Assembly: GCA_965203805.1 (NCBI GenBank) | Contig: OZ241917.1 | Span: forward strand, 1,792,001 to 1,856,000 | From: Candidatus Latescibacterota bacterium | GTDB lineage: Bacteria > Latescibacterota > UBA2968 > GCA-2709665 | Direction: 5' to 3' | DNA length: 64,000 nt | Part shown: positions 10,995-21,377 of the stretch, piece by piece | Position numbering within the stretch: position 1 is the stretch's first letter | How the letters are laid out: every line of letters begins with the position of its first letter | The notes under the pieces: generated by a model | What the model was told of the DNA's origin: nothing | The model's database searches: none | The model's input: only the letters and a program-made list of their open reading frames with translations | Made by a program: the position numbers and the translations under genes

Positions 10995-11899
10995 ATCAAG
11001 ACCTTATTAACGAAAACTCACCCGGAACTGATCCATCGATGCGAATCGAGCTTCCCCGCAGCGACCCGGGATACTTCTATGATCCCAGGGTCACGGCCGG
11101 TCTTCACGGAGAAATCAGACTCTCTCCCAGGGTCGAGAGGCATTGCCGGTGCGGCGGCAAGCCCCCGTATCAGACATTTCAGCGGCCGGACGCCAGGCCG
11201 GCCTGGTGTCCCTGCCGGCGGTACCGGATGAAAACACACGATATCAACCGGCTGATCGGAAACTCCGGCATTCCCGGGCCGTTTCGATATAAATTCCTGG
11301 ACGATTTTTACGAGAGTTACGATGGAAAACCGATTGGCGGTGCGAAGCAACTCAAACGTCAGTTACGCAGCCTGATCGAAAAAGCCCGCGATTCGAACGC
11401 ATCTCCGGATAAGGACGCACAGGCCGTAGCCGTCCAACCGATGAGGGGGTACTTTCTCACAGGCAAACCGGGTGTCGGAAAGACCTACTTCTCATATGTC
11501 GCGCTCAACGAGCTCATCTTTCACTCGGGGCGCCCGGGGAGATTCATCAGCCTGTCTAAAGCATTTTTCCAGACGCTGCGATTCGCGTTTGACGAAAACA
11601 GTCCAATGCATGGCAAGTCCGAGACTTTTCTGCGTACCCTCGGCAACGTTCCATTCCTGGTCATCGACGACTTTGGCGTTCAGCGGAATACGGAGTGGGA
11701 GCTGGAAATGCTCTACAATCTGGTGGATACACGATATGCCAACCGGCGATTCACGATTGTAACCACCAACCAGGACATCGAGAATGTGAAAGACCTGGCT
11801 GAAGGCAGGCTCTATTCGAGATTTATCGAAATGTGTTACGTCATCCGGATCAAGGCGTCGGACTTCCGGGAACACGCCCGAAAGGAATACGAAATATGA
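10991..11899 (+). CDS. DnaC/IstB-like AAA+ ATPase with N-terminal Cys cluster
   Basis: CxC...CPC, Walker A GKPGVGKT, Walker B LVIDDFG, LYNLVDTRY, TTN, RLYSRF. Confidence 0.88.
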   Translation: MNQDLINENSPGTDPSMRIELPRSDPGYFYDPRVTAGLHGEIRLSPRVERHCRCGGKPPYQTFQRPDARPAWCPCRRYRMKTHDINRLIGNSGIPGPFRYKFLDDFYESYDGKPIGGAKQLKRQLRSLIEKARDSNASPDKDAQAVAVQPMRGYFLTGKPGVGKTYFSYVALNELIFHSGRPGRFISLSKAFFQTLRFAFDENSPMHGKSETFLRTLGNVPFLVIDDFGVQRNTEWELEMLYNLVDTRYANRRFTIVTTNQDIENVKDLAEGRLYSRFIEMCYVIRIKASDFREHARKEYEI

Positions 11900-11972
11900 G
11901 ATCGGGTCCGGGTGTGGTCGGGTCGTCAGACCACAGAACCGTTCCGCAGGATTCAACGTCAAAAACAGGAAT

Positions 11973-12566
11973 GTGATGTCGCACGTGGTGGTCGCTACGA
12001 AAAACCCCGGCAAGTTCAGAGAGATCCGGGAAATACTGGGTTCGGAAATCCGGCTTCTTTCTCTGGCCGACTTCCCTGACGTCGGGGATATTGTGGAGGA
12101 CGGCAGGACTTTCGAGGCCAACGCCATCAAGAAAGCACTTTCAGTCGCCCTGCATACAGGCCGCGTCTCTCTCGCCGACGATTCGGGCCTGGAGGTGGAT
12201 GCGCTCGATGGGGCTCCGGGTGTTTACTCCGCGCGATTCGCGGGTGAAGAAGCCACCGACAGGCAGAACAACGAAAAGCTCCTCAGGCTTCTCGAAGACA
12301 CCCCGGACGCGGAACGTACCGCCCGTTTCCGTTGCGTAATCGCCGTCGGTGCGCCGGACGGCGCCGTCCGGACGGCCGAGGGCGCGGCCGAAGGGAGGAT
12401 TCTCCGAAGCTCGCGGGGAACAGGCGGATTCGGATACGATCCCCTGTTCCTGGCTTCCTCCGTCGGACGGACGTTTGCCGAATTGCCGCCGGAAGAAAAA
12501 AACAGGCTCAGTCATCGGGGAAGCGCATTGAAGTCGGCGATTCCTCTCTTGCGGAAGGTCCTCTGA
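11973..12566 (+). CDS. rdgB: XTP/dITP pyrophosphatase
   Basis: ATKNPGK, ADDSGLEVDALDGAPGVYSAR, GFGYDPLF, KNRLSHRG. Confidence 0.96.
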   Translation: MMSHVVVATKNPGKFREIREILGSEIRLLSLADFPDVGDIVEDGRTFEANAIKKALSVALHTGRVSLADDSGLEVDALDGAPGVYSARFAGEEATDRQNNEKLLRLLEDTPDAERTARFRCVIAVGAPDGAVRTAEGAAEGRILRSSRGTGGFGYDPLFLASSVGRTFAELPPEEKNRLSHRGSALKSAIPLLRKVL

Positions 12567-12611
12567 ATCGGAAGGAACCGAGGCCGGGCAGCGCGGCGCC
12601 CGTCCCGCCGC

Positions 12612-12836
12612 TTAACAGTCCGTTTCAGATTCGGAGTCGTCGACGTTGGAGCGACGTTGATACCGCCGCACCCGCCGAGCGAAAATCCAGACCAGTCCCG
12701 CCACCGCCAGGTATTTCAACACCTCCCAAACCCACCCCTCCCATCCAAGAATCACCGGCCAAAGCGCAAATATCGACAGCAGGATGAACAAGTCCTCCAG
12801 CGCCACCCAGATGCGGCGTTCGTTGCCGTTCGACAA
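12612..12836 (-). CDS. Small two-helix membrane protein
   Basis: 74 aa, two hydrophobic segments; GGAGG at the end of the upstream gene precedes its start. Confidence 0.7.
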   Translation of the reverse strand: MSNGNERRIWVALEDLFILLSIFALWPVILGWEGWVWEVLKYLAVAGLVWIFARRVRRYQRRSNVDDSESETDC

Positions 12837-12840
12837 AAGT

Positions 12841-15021
12841 CTATCCTCCCGCGTCGGTTTCCTGTTGCAGATAGGAGTACACCTGATAATTGCGATACAC
12901 CAGCTTTACGTAATTGCGTGTCTCCCGGTACGGAATGCTCTCAACGAACTCATCCACGTCGTGCTCCGGGAACCGGGCCGACCATTTCCGCGCCACTTTC
13001 AATCCGGCGTTATATGCCGATAGGGCCAGGCCCAACTGTCTGTCTTTACTGCGCCTGAAAGACCGGAAGTGATCGGCCAGATGTCTGGCGCCCAGCCGAA
13101 TGGACGTGTGGGGATCCCACAGATCGTCCGTAGTGAAACCTTTGAGACGCAGCTTGCGCGCCACCCGGCGTCCCGTGGCCGGCATGACCTGCATCAACCC
13201 GCGGGCGCCCGCCCGCGACAATGCCATTTCATCAAACGCGCTTTCCTGTCGCATAATTGCAATGACCAGATTCGGGTCCAGCCCGAGATCCTGAGCCGCC
13301 CGGGTGATCTCGCCCCAGTAGTAGGTCGGATACATTCTGCGAAATGACGTCAAAGATATCGGCACCCCCTGTTCGCGTTCCAGATTAAGGATCCGGCCGG
13401 ATACCCGAAACGCCTGGTTCATCGCACCGATGCGTTCATATCGCCGCTGCAATTCACTCAGGGCGAAAATCTCCCGTCTGTGCGCCCATCCCGCGTGTCT
13501 GTACTCCTGTTCTGCTTCATCGTAGAGGCCCAGGTCGGCCAACCTGTCTCCCTTGAGCAGGTACGGTGACGGTTCGTAGGTTTGCTGCAACCCGTCGTCC
13601 CCCGGCGACGCCGGCGCCCGAGGGTGTGCTCTATCTTTCAGAGCCAGCAACGCCCGCGCACGAGATCCGTAGTACGAGGTTGGGAAGCCGGCTGCGGCCC
13701 GCCGGATCCAGTCCGCGCCCAACGCTTTCCGTCCTGCCCGTTGATAGGACTTGCCGGCCCAGTAATAGGCCTGGTCCCGCATGTAATGTTCCGTTGTCTG
13801 CTCCGCCAGCTTCAGAAAGACGCGGGCTGCATTCTTGAATCGTCCCAGACCGTAGAGTGCATAGCCCGCGCGCCATCTGGCGCGATCTGCAAGATGGCTG
13901 CGAGGATACCTGCCGGCCAGATTCAGAAATACTTCACGCGCCTTTGTTCGCCTGCCCCTCCGCTCATAAGCCATTGCGGCCTGCCAGAGCGCCTCGGCAG
14001 CCCCGGGCGTTTCGGGATACCGGCGTGCGAACGACTGAAACCGGCCGGCCGCTTTCAAATCGAGCCCGAGCTTCACGTAACAGCGCCCGAGATGAAACAG
14101 CGCCTTCGGCGTCCGGTATCGGCGATGCGCTATCTGAAATGCCTGCTCCGCTGTCCGGTAATCCTTTTGTTTATATAGGGTCAGCCCCAGTTCCAGCTGC
14201 GCGCGACCCTGCCATGCGGCATCACGCGACTTCCTGACGATCTGCCGAAGCATCCGGACGGCCTCGCGAAACCGTGCGTGGCGTGAAGATGCGACAGCCG
14301 CGTAATATTGTTCCTGTACCGATCGCAATTGCCCGATCCCATCCAGCGCGTCAGCCGCCTCGCGCGACCCGGGGTGATCCCGCACGAGGCGCAGCCGGAT
14401 TCGCCTGGCATCCGCCGAATCTCCCGCGGCCTCCAACGCGCCCGCAAGACCCGCGAGCGCCCTCACCGCGTGACGGCTCGCGTCCGGCAGTCGCCGGTAC
14501 ATCCCGGCCGCTTCCGGCGCCTGTCGCGCCTGCAAATAGAGTTCAGCCGCCTGGATGGCCGCGTCTTCAAACAGCGGACCCGACGGCCGCCTTTCTACGG
14601 CCCGCGCGAGATACACCCGTGCGCTGTCGGGCCGCCCGATCCCCCGGTGGCATTCGGCCTGCCAGAAATCCAAATAATCGAGTATCCCCTCAGACGCGTT
14701 CTTTGCAGCGCGGAATCCGGCAAGCGCATCATCAAATCGTCCAAGCTCCTTCAAACACAGGGCACGCTGAAGTCCCGCCCTGCGAATCGCCCAATCGTCC
14801 ATTCCGGCCTGATCCATCCGGGACAGCACATGCAGCGCGTTCCGGAACGCTCCACGTGAGATCAGGGTCTCGGCAAGCGCCAGCCGGTCCAGGCGTTCCC
14901 CTCTTGCCAGACGCCCGGGAACCGCCAGGACAGCCGACACCACAAGCGCCATGGTCATTCCGGCAAGGCATACTTCGCTCAGCTTGAACCGGACCAGGGC
15001 ATTCTTGTACTTGGAATTCAT
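12841..15021 (-). CDS. Soluble lytic transglycosylase with TPR repeats
   Basis: N-terminal signal/TM segment, TPRs, C-terminal SLT domain MRQES, SRAGARGLMQVMPATG, AYNAG, IPYRETRNYV. Confidence 0.93.
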   Translation of the reverse strand: MNSKYKNALVRFKLSEVCLAGMTMALVVSAVLAVPGRLARGERLDRLALAETLISRGAFRNALHVLSRMDQAGMDDWAIRRAGLQRALCLKELGRFDDALAGFRAAKNASEGILDYLDFWQAECHRGIGRPDSARVYLARAVERRPSGPLFEDAAIQAAELYLQARQAPEAAGMYRRLPDASRHAVRALAGLAGALEAAGDSADARRIRLRLVRDHPGSREAADALDGIGQLRSVQEQYYAAVASSRHARFREAVRMLRQIVRKSRDAAWQGRAQLELGLTLYKQKDYRTAEQAFQIAHRRYRTPKALFHLGRCYVKLGLDLKAAGRFQSFARRYPETPGAAEALWQAAMAYERRGRRTKAREVFLNLAGRYPRSHLADRARWRAGYALYGLGRFKNAARVFLKLAEQTTEHYMRDQAYYWAGKSYQRAGRKALGADWIRRAAAGFPTSYYGSRARALLALKDRAHPRAPASPGDDGLQQTYEPSPYLLKGDRLADLGLYDEAEQEYRHAGWAHRREIFALSELQRRYERIGAMNQAFRVSGRILNLEREQGVPISLTSFRRMYPTYYWGEITRAAQDLGLDPNLVIAIMRQESAFDEMALSRAGARGLMQVMPATGRRVARKLRLKGFTTDDLWDPHTSIRLGARHLADHFRSFRRSKDRQLGLALSAYNAGLKVARKWSARFPEHDVDEFVESIPYRETRNYVKLVYRNYQVYSYLQQETDAGG

Positions 15022-15109
15022 GGCGGGTGGACAACGGATGCCATCTCAGGCGCGTACGTGGCAATCGTCGAACCGGGTGCTTTAACGCCCGTGTTTCCTG
15101 ATGACGTCG

Positions 15110-16612
15110 TTATTGGAATAAACTGCGGAAATCCTCAATGACGGCCAGAATGCCGAAGTACGTGAACACGAGGCCGCAAAGGATGTTCAGCGTGACGAGA
15201 AACGAACCCATTCTGAGCGGTCGGGGAAGGTATTTGCGGTCGACCCATACCATCGCGAAGCACCATGGTCCGGCCAACAGCACTCCTGTAATGTGGAGCG
15301 GAATCGTCATCATCGAAATCGGGTTCCAACCCACGCCACGGGGATCCTGTGACGCCGTCCACCAGGCGTAGACCACGAGTCCGATCGCCGCAACGCCGGA
15401 GTAGAGGAGCGTCCACAGGCGCATCCTGTCCAGGGGGAGACTCCGCCATTTCACGGACACGGAACGGACACATTCGTGCGCCGTACGCACGTAGAGTTCG
15501 AACGCACCGTAGACCGTGCCGAAGATTGCGAAGAATACACCGGCCTTGTAGAGCGCCGACAGGAGGATCTGCGCCGTTTTTCCGGGATGCAGCTGTGTGA
15601 GAAAGACGACCTGGTAATTGTAGAGGTCCATTCCCGACGGGACGATCCGGTTGGGTTGCAACAGCGTTGCCCCGAGTATGAGAAACGTCGCGGTGAACAC
15701 GAGCACGCTGCCGAACGACACCGTACAGTCGATAAGGGGCGCCTTCAGCCACCTCAGGCCAAGCCGGACATTCGCTTCATCTTCCGCAAGGGCCGGTCTC
15801 CGGCTTCCGCCCGTCACCCGGCCGATCAGCCCCCAGGCCTTCTCTCTCATCATGCCCACGTACCCCACGTAGTCCTGAACGCCGCCACCCATAACGCCCA
15901 TATACGCCACCATCTCCACGATCAGCGTTCGATCGGCGAACGCCGGGTTCGCCTTGACCCACTGCGGGTAGTCCGGCAACGCCGGCGTTACCGCGCCGGC
16001 GAATACCGACGGCCAGTCCGGATTCACGGCAAACGTCGCAATGATCATCAACAGCAGCATCGCCCCGACGAGCATCAGCTGTATACGCTCCAGAAACCCG
16101 TAGCTCTGTATCAGGGTCAGCGCGGCCAGCAGAAGGATGAACAGAATTGCAATGGCATGCGGGTACAGCCCGGGATTTCCGAACAGCACCCAGGAGGTGA
16201 TCGTACCCAGCATGATAGGCAGGCTCGAAAGGTAGAACGGAAATGCCACGATGACCACGCCCCCGATCAGGCCCGGAAACAGCCCGCGCGGACCGGGCAG
16301 AGCCGCCCACCGTTCCATCGGATGTTCGCCCGTCAGCGTCATGTAACGCGCTGCGGTATAGACCTGCACCCCCTTCGTGAGGCAGAAGAGGCTGAAGGCC
16401 CAGAACATCGCATATCCGAAGATCGCCCCGCTGCGCGAAGCCCACACCGTTTCTCCGCTGCCTATGGTCACCGACGCGATGACGGCGCCGGGTCCGAAGA
16501 ATTTCAGGAAATCCGTCACCCGCCGCGAGCGCAGTTCAGCCGCCAATTCAGGAAAACGCTGTTCCTGTACCTCAGGGTTCACGAAAGCCCTCCCACGGTC
16601 CGGCGGATCCAT
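15110..16612 (-). CDS. Nramp/APC-like membrane transporter
   Basis: FGPGAVIASVTIGSGE..GAIFGY..LW, RY..LTGE; about 11 hydrophobic helices. Confidence 0.85.
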   Translation of the reverse strand: MDPPDRGRAFVNPEVQEQRFPELAAELRSRRVTDFLKFFGPGAVIASVTIGSGETVWASRSGAIFGYAMFWAFSLFCLTKGVQVYTAARYMTLTGEHPMERWAALPGPRGLFPGLIGGVVIVAFPFYLSSLPIMLGTITSWVLFGNPGLYPHAIAILFILLLAALTLIQSYGFLERIQLMLVGAMLLLMIIATFAVNPDWPSVFAGAVTPALPDYPQWVKANPAFADRTLIVEMVAYMGVMGGGVQDYVGYVGMMREKAWGLIGRVTGGSRRPALAEDEANVRLGLRWLKAPLIDCTVSFGSVLVFTATFLILGATLLQPNRIVPSGMDLYNYQVVFLTQLHPGKTAQILLSALYKAGVFFAIFGTVYGAFELYVRTAHECVRSVSVKWRSLPLDRMRLWTLLYSGVAAIGLVVYAWWTASQDPRGVGWNPISMMTIPLHITGVLLAGPWCFAMVWVDRKYLPRPLRMGSFLVTLNILCGLVFTYFGILAVIEDFRSLFQ

Positions 16613-16631
16613 CGGACGCGGCGGAAGAAGA

Positions 16632-17597
16632 TCACCTGACCGCGAACGGATTTCCCGGCGATCCGGTGGCGCCCTTCAGCCGAAGCGGTGCAAAAACGAA
16701 CGCGAATTCGTAAACCCCGTCTGCCGCCAGCCCGTCGAGGTCGAGATTCTCCAGGATATAGACACCGCTGCGCTGGATCAGCAATTCATGGACTCTGAAC
16801 GCTCCGAACGTGTCTTCCCCGGGCACGGCCTCGACCGCCCACGTATCCGCGCCGACCATGACGATCTTCTTTTCAAGCAGCCACCGCGCGGCTTCCAGCC
16901 CGATTCCCGGCTGGCCCGAATTGTAGGTCTCATTGTCGACCATCCATAATTTCCCGTGGCCTGTACGGATCAGTACGACGTCCCCTTCCGTGACCGCCAC
17001 GGCCTGCTTCTTCAGGGCCCCTTCGATGTCCGCCGCGGTAATCACATATCCCACTTCCAACCGCTCCACGCCCTTGTAGCCCACCACGTCCACCAGGACA
17101 CCGCGTGTAAAGAACACCCCTACGTTCTCAACGCCCAGTTTCTCCAGTCCGTAAGCCGACCCGACCTCCGACCGCGTAAACCCATTGTAGAAGATATCCT
17201 GATTGCCCTTGCGCGTGCCGATGTGGCCCAACCCATCGAACTGGGTTCCCACCTGTCCGATCTCCCCGCTGAACATTTCGTCGTACCAGACCAGCTGGTT
17301 TTCTCCGACCGGCCCTCCCGTCGGCGATCCGGGAATGGTCAGACTGTAGTGCCGGTTCCCGAAAAGCGGAATGCCGGGCTCGTACACCCGGCCGAGCTGA
17401 TAGGTCTTGCCGGCCCGGATCAAACCCGCCGCAGACAGGACCTTCTGCGGTGTCAGCCGGTTCATCGCGCCTCTCTGATCGCCTTCACCCCATTCCGAGG
17501 GCCACCATTTGTCTTCTTCCGCGCCTTGCTGCGCCATGGCCGGAGTCATCGCGATCAGGCAACCGACGAACAATACACACAGATATCGATTTTGCAT
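16632..17597 (-). CDS. Exported cyclase-family (kynurenine formamidase-like) metal hydrolase
   Basis: Signal peptide, WGxxDQRGAMN, GTQFDGLGH, RGVLVD, GDVVLIRTG, ENLDL, GATGSP. Confidence 0.88.
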   Translation of the reverse strand: MQNRYLCVLFVGCLIAMTPAMAQQGAEEDKWWPSEWGEGDQRGAMNRLTPQKVLSAAGLIRAGKTYQLGRVYEPGIPLFGNRHYSLTIPGSPTGGPVGENQLVWYDEMFSGEIGQVGTQFDGLGHIGTRKGNQDIFYNGFTRSEVGSAYGLEKLGVENVGVFFTRGVLVDVVGYKGVERLEVGYVITAADIEGALKKQAVAVTEGDVVLIRTGHGKLWMVDNETYNSGQPGIGLEAARWLLEKKIVMVGADTWAVEAVPGEDTFGAFRVHELLIQRSGVYILENLDLDGLAADGVYEFAFVFAPLRLKGATGSPGNPFAVR

Positions 17598-17982
17598 ACC
17601 CGCCTCCTTGAGGGCGTAACAGTCCGTTGAAAAAATCGCTCTGCAGGCGAGGCCGAGGCATTGTGGCCGAAGACCAGGCGCGCGACCGACACGAATCCCT
17701 TGATTCGGGAAGGGAGCGCAACGCCGTACTTCGGTCACAAGGGCCGGACGCAGACCGGATGGACTTTATCAACGGGCTGGCAGGGTTGACACGGTATCGG
17801 CGCACACCGGGATTATGATAATACCCCCAATGTCCAAAGGCAAGGACGGAATGCGAATATTGAGCCGACAGACAGAACCCTGTTGCGCCCGGAACATGCG
17901 CATGCTATCTTGGACGCTGTCCTCGACACCGCCTCCGAGGCACAGCGCCCACCCCGCCATCTTCGTTTCTCAAGGTGTGCCA

Positions 17983-19002
17983 ATGAAGACCGAAATTCTC
18001 GGCCGAACCGGCCTGGAGATCCCGATTGTGGGTCTCGGTACCGGCTTTATTGGCATCGCGGATCCCAACCGCGCGGCAGTGGAATACGATTTCATGGATG
18101 CTTGGACCGCTGACGGCCCGAAACCTTCCGGCGACGTCGCCGGTCGGTCCAGCCATATGGACGTCGAACTGGGAATCGCAACGGTGCACGCGGCGATCGA
18201 AGCCGGCTCCACGCTGATCGATACCGCCCCGCTGTACGGTTCCGGCAACAGCGAGTCCATCATCGGCGAGGCCCTCGATCAGCGACCCGACCTGGCGAAG
18301 CGGTGCACCGTCACCACAAAGGTGGGTCAGACGGCCGAAGGGCGGGACTATTCCTACGACGCCGTCATGCGGCAGGTAGAGGAGAGCCGGCGCCGGCTCG
18401 GAATCGACGGTTTCGATGTTCTCTACATCCACGATGCCATGGAAATTCCCGTTGAGGAGGTCATGGGCAGGAGCCGTGCCCTTGGCGCCCTGCGAAGGCT
18501 TCAGGATACGGGCGTCACGCGCTTTGTCGGCACCGCCGCCAACGACCCCTGCACCAACGCCTGGTACATCGAGACGGGGGAATTCGATGCCGCAGTCGTT
18601 CCCGATGCGCTGAGCCTGATCAATCAGCTTGCCGGCGAGCGCATCCTGCCTGCGGCGGTCAGACACAACGTGGGTCTCGTGGTTGCCACGCCGGTTGAAC
18701 GGGGACTGCTCGCCACCGGTCCCGTGAAGGGCGTCAATTACCTGGCCCGGAATTTCAGCCGGTCCTGCGTGGATCACGTCTCCAAAATCCAGACCCTTTG
18801 CGACGGACACGGGGTACCCATGGTTGCGGCAGCCCTTCAGTGGTGCACGCGCCATCCCCAGGTGGCCGCCACCATACCCGGCGCCCGTGTCCCGGCCGAG
18901 GCCCGTGCGAACGCCGATGCCGGAGCCGCTGAAATACCCGAAGCATTCTGGATGGAACTCGCCCCGCTCGTCCGCCACTTCGAAGTGGTCGTAGACCGCT
19001 AG
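17983..19002 (+). CDS. Aldo/keto reductase
   Basis: LGRTGLEIPIVGLGT, DTAPLYG, TTKV, YIHD (D-Y-K-H tetrad), TIPG. Confidence 0.92.
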   Translation: MKTEILGRTGLEIPIVGLGTGFIGIADPNRAAVEYDFMDAWTADGPKPSGDVAGRSSHMDVELGIATVHAAIEAGSTLIDTAPLYGSGNSESIIGEALDQRPDLAKRCTVTTKVGQTAEGRDYSYDAVMRQVEESRRRLGIDGFDVLYIHDAMEIPVEEVMGRSRALGALRRLQDTGVTRFVGTAANDPCTNAWYIETGEFDAAVVPDALSLINQLAGERILPAAVRHNVGLVVATPVERGLLATGPVKGVNYLARNFSRSCVDHVSKIQTLCDGHGVPMVAAALQWCTRHPQVAATIPGARVPAEARANADAGAAEIPEAFWMELAPLVRHFEVVVDR

Positions 19003-19039
19003 TTTACAGACAACCGAAAAAGCCGCGGATGTTCAGTAT

Positions 19040-19930
19040 ATGGCCTTAAAGCTGACCCTTCTGGGCACCGGGACCCCCACCCCCCTCGACCACCGCGCGG
19101 GCTCCGGATACCTCGTCAGGTTCGACGAGGAAGTCCTGCTGTTCGACTGCGGTCCGGGTGTCGCCCGGCGCCTCCTCGAAGCGGCCGTCCCGCCCGAGTC
19201 GCTGACGCGTCTCTTTCTGACCCATCTCCACTACGACCACTGTGTGGACTACGCGTGTATCGTACTCACCCGCTGGGACCAGGGCGCGGGCAAGATCCCC
19301 GACCTCGACGTGTACGGTCCTGCGCCGTTGATTCGCATGACGGAGAGACTCTTCGGGACAGACGGCGCCTTCGGGCCGGACCTCGATGCAAGAACAAGAC
19401 ACCCCGGCAGCGAGTTCGTTTACGAACGGAGGGGCGGAATTCTGCCCCGGAAACGGCCCCGCCCCGTCGTCACCGAAGTGGCGCACGGCTCGTGCATTCA
19501 TGTTGGAAACTGGCGAGTCGAAACCGCCGAAGTCATCCATGTTCAACCGCAGCTCACGTGCCTGGCCTACCGACTGAACACCCCCTGTGGGTCCGTCGTC
19601 TTCGGCGGCGACACCGCGCCGACCCCCCGGCTTACGGAACTGGCAAGAGGCGCGGACGTACTCATACACATGTGCCACCTGATGAACGATGTCGAACGGG
19701 ACCCGCGCATTACAGGCTGCTGCTCCGGCCACCTCGATGCCGCCCGGACCGCGTCGGAAGCGGGTGTCGGCACGGTGATTCTGACCCATGTGACGGAACA
19801 GCTGGAGCCACCCGGCGTCCGGGAGCGCCTCGTGGCGGAAGCCGCGCGCATTTTCAGCGGCCACATCGTCTTCGCGGAAGATCTCACGGAAGTGCCCGTC
19901 GGTCCCATCGATCCGGAACCCATCCGATAG
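19040..19930 (+). CDS. Metallo-beta-lactamase-fold hydrolase (RNase Z/arylsulfatase-like)
   Basis: LLGTGTP, FDCGPG, THLHYDH (HxHxDH), GDT, DVLIH, LTH. Confidence 0.9.
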   Translation: MALKLTLLGTGTPTPLDHRAGSGYLVRFDEEVLLFDCGPGVARRLLEAAVPPESLTRLFLTHLHYDHCVDYACIVLTRWDQGAGKIPDLDVYGPAPLIRMTERLFGTDGAFGPDLDARTRHPGSEFVYERRGGILPRKRPRPVVTEVAHGSCIHVGNWRVETAEVIHVQPQLTCLAYRLNTPCGSVVFGGDTAPTPRLTELARGADVLIHMCHLMNDVERDPRITGCCSGHLDAARTASEAGVGTVILTHVTEQLEPPGVRERLVAEAARIFSGHIVFAEDLTEVPVGPIDPEPIR

Positions 19931-20006
19931 GCGGCGCCGGACGCGACCGGGGCGCGTCGCGATTGTCCGTTATCAGACTTCCGATCCACACTCCAGGAGC
20001 TTCAAA

Positions 20007-21371
20007 TTGAGAGCCATCATCCTGGCCGCCGGAAAAGGCGAACGATTCTACCCTTTCAACCACTACCGGCCCAAACCCATGTTTCCCATCTGCAACCGGC
20101 CGCTGCTCGAGTGGACCGTTGAACGCATCGTGGACGCGGGCATCACGGAAGTGGGCATCGTCGTCGGCCACCGACAAGGTCGGATACGCAACCATTTTTC
20201 GGACGGCGGCCGATTCAGATGCGTAATTACGTACATCGAACAGTCTGAGCAACTCGGTACGGCCAACGCCGTTTGCGCAGCGGCAGAGTATATCGGCAAC
20301 AGCGACTTTCTGGTTGTCTACGGCGACCTCTTCTTCGAGCCGACGGTTCTTTCGCAACTCCTGGATGCCTTCTCCGAACGCTCGGTCGCCGCGGTACACC
20401 AGAGCGATCAGCTCAGCCGGCGCACTCGAGTGGAAACCGATGGCCGCGAGAACATCGTCGGCTACACCTGGAAGCCCCGGTCGGCCGCCGGCACGGCGCT
20501 GTCAGGCCTGTTCGCGTTCAGGAACGACGCGCTTCAGGACATTGCGAATACATCGGACTTTGTAACCAGCGTGCAAAACGGCGTAACGCCGCCGGAGGGC
20601 CACGAAATCGCCGATGCCCTGCCAGTTATGCACCGGGAAGGCCGATCCGCCGCCGCCGTTCGAACCGGCGGCGCCTGCTTCGATATGGACATGCCCTGGG
20701 AGCCCCTCGCGGTCTGTCGACTGGCCGTGCGGGAAATGGCGCGGAAACTGCCGGACACCCGGATCGCCGAGACGGCGCGGGTGGATCCGAACGCGCACAT
20801 CGACGGCCCGGTATCTGTGGACGAAGGCGCAACCATCTCATCCGGGGCCCAAATCAGCGGGCCCGTCTGGATCGGCAGAAACGCGCACGTCTTCGAGGGC
20901 TCCCGGATTGCATCGGGTACGGTCATTGGCGACGACTGCCGGATCGGACCGTTCGCGAAGGTCTCCGGTTTTGTGGACCGCAACAACCACATCACGTATC
21001 TCGGTGAGTTCAGCGGCGTCATCCTGGCGGGCGGGCGGATCACCCACCAGATGCAGATTGCCGGCATCTACGGCGAAGGCGCAGAGTTCGGCGCCGGCAC
21101 CCAGGTGGGAACGCTCAGATTCGACGATGGGCCCACGCAGGTGGAAGTGAAGGGCATCCGCCGGCCGGCCCCCGGTTTCTCCGGCGCGCTCTTCGGCGAT
21201 TACGCACGCACGGGCGTGGGGACCATCCTCATGCCGGGCCGCATCGTCGGCCCGGGCGCTATGGTCGGTCCCGGCGTGGTTCTGATGAAAAACGTGCCGG
21301 CCCACAAGGCCGTGATCCTGAAACAGGAGCACGAGGAAGTCGACTGGGGGCCGGACATTTACGACCATTGA
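20007..21371 (+). CDS. GlmU-like sugar-phosphate nucleotidyltransferase with left-handed beta-helix domain
   Basis: ILAAGKGER..P, PKPMFPI, QxEQLGTANA, YGD; C-terminal hexapeptide repeats. Confidence 0.88.
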   Translation: MRAIILAAGKGERFYPFNHYRPKPMFPICNRPLLEWTVERIVDAGITEVGIVVGHRQGRIRNHFSDGGRFRCVITYIEQSEQLGTANAVCAAAEYIGNSDFLVVYGDLFFEPTVLSQLLDAFSERSVAAVHQSDQLSRRTRVETDGRENIVGYTWKPRSAAGTALSGLFAFRNDALQDIANTSDFVTSVQNGVTPPEGHEIADALPVMHREGRSAAAVRTGGACFDMDMPWEPLAVCRLAVREMARKLPDTRIAETARVDPNAHIDGPVSVDEGATISSGAQISGPVWIGRNAHVFEGSRIASGTVIGDDCRIGPFAKVSGFVDRNNHITYLGEFSGVILAGGRITHQMQIAGIYGEGAEFGAGTQVGTLRFDDGPTQVEVKGIRRPAPGFSGALFGDYARTGVGTILMPGRIVGPGAMVGPGVVLMKNVPAHKAVILKQEHEEVDWGPDIYDH

Positions 21372-21377
21372 TCAGGA

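Noticed and set aside
10991-11899. IS21 element or prophage at smpB
   Set aside because: No istA, terminal inverted repeats, integrase or tmRNA adjacent; flanks are housekeeping genes
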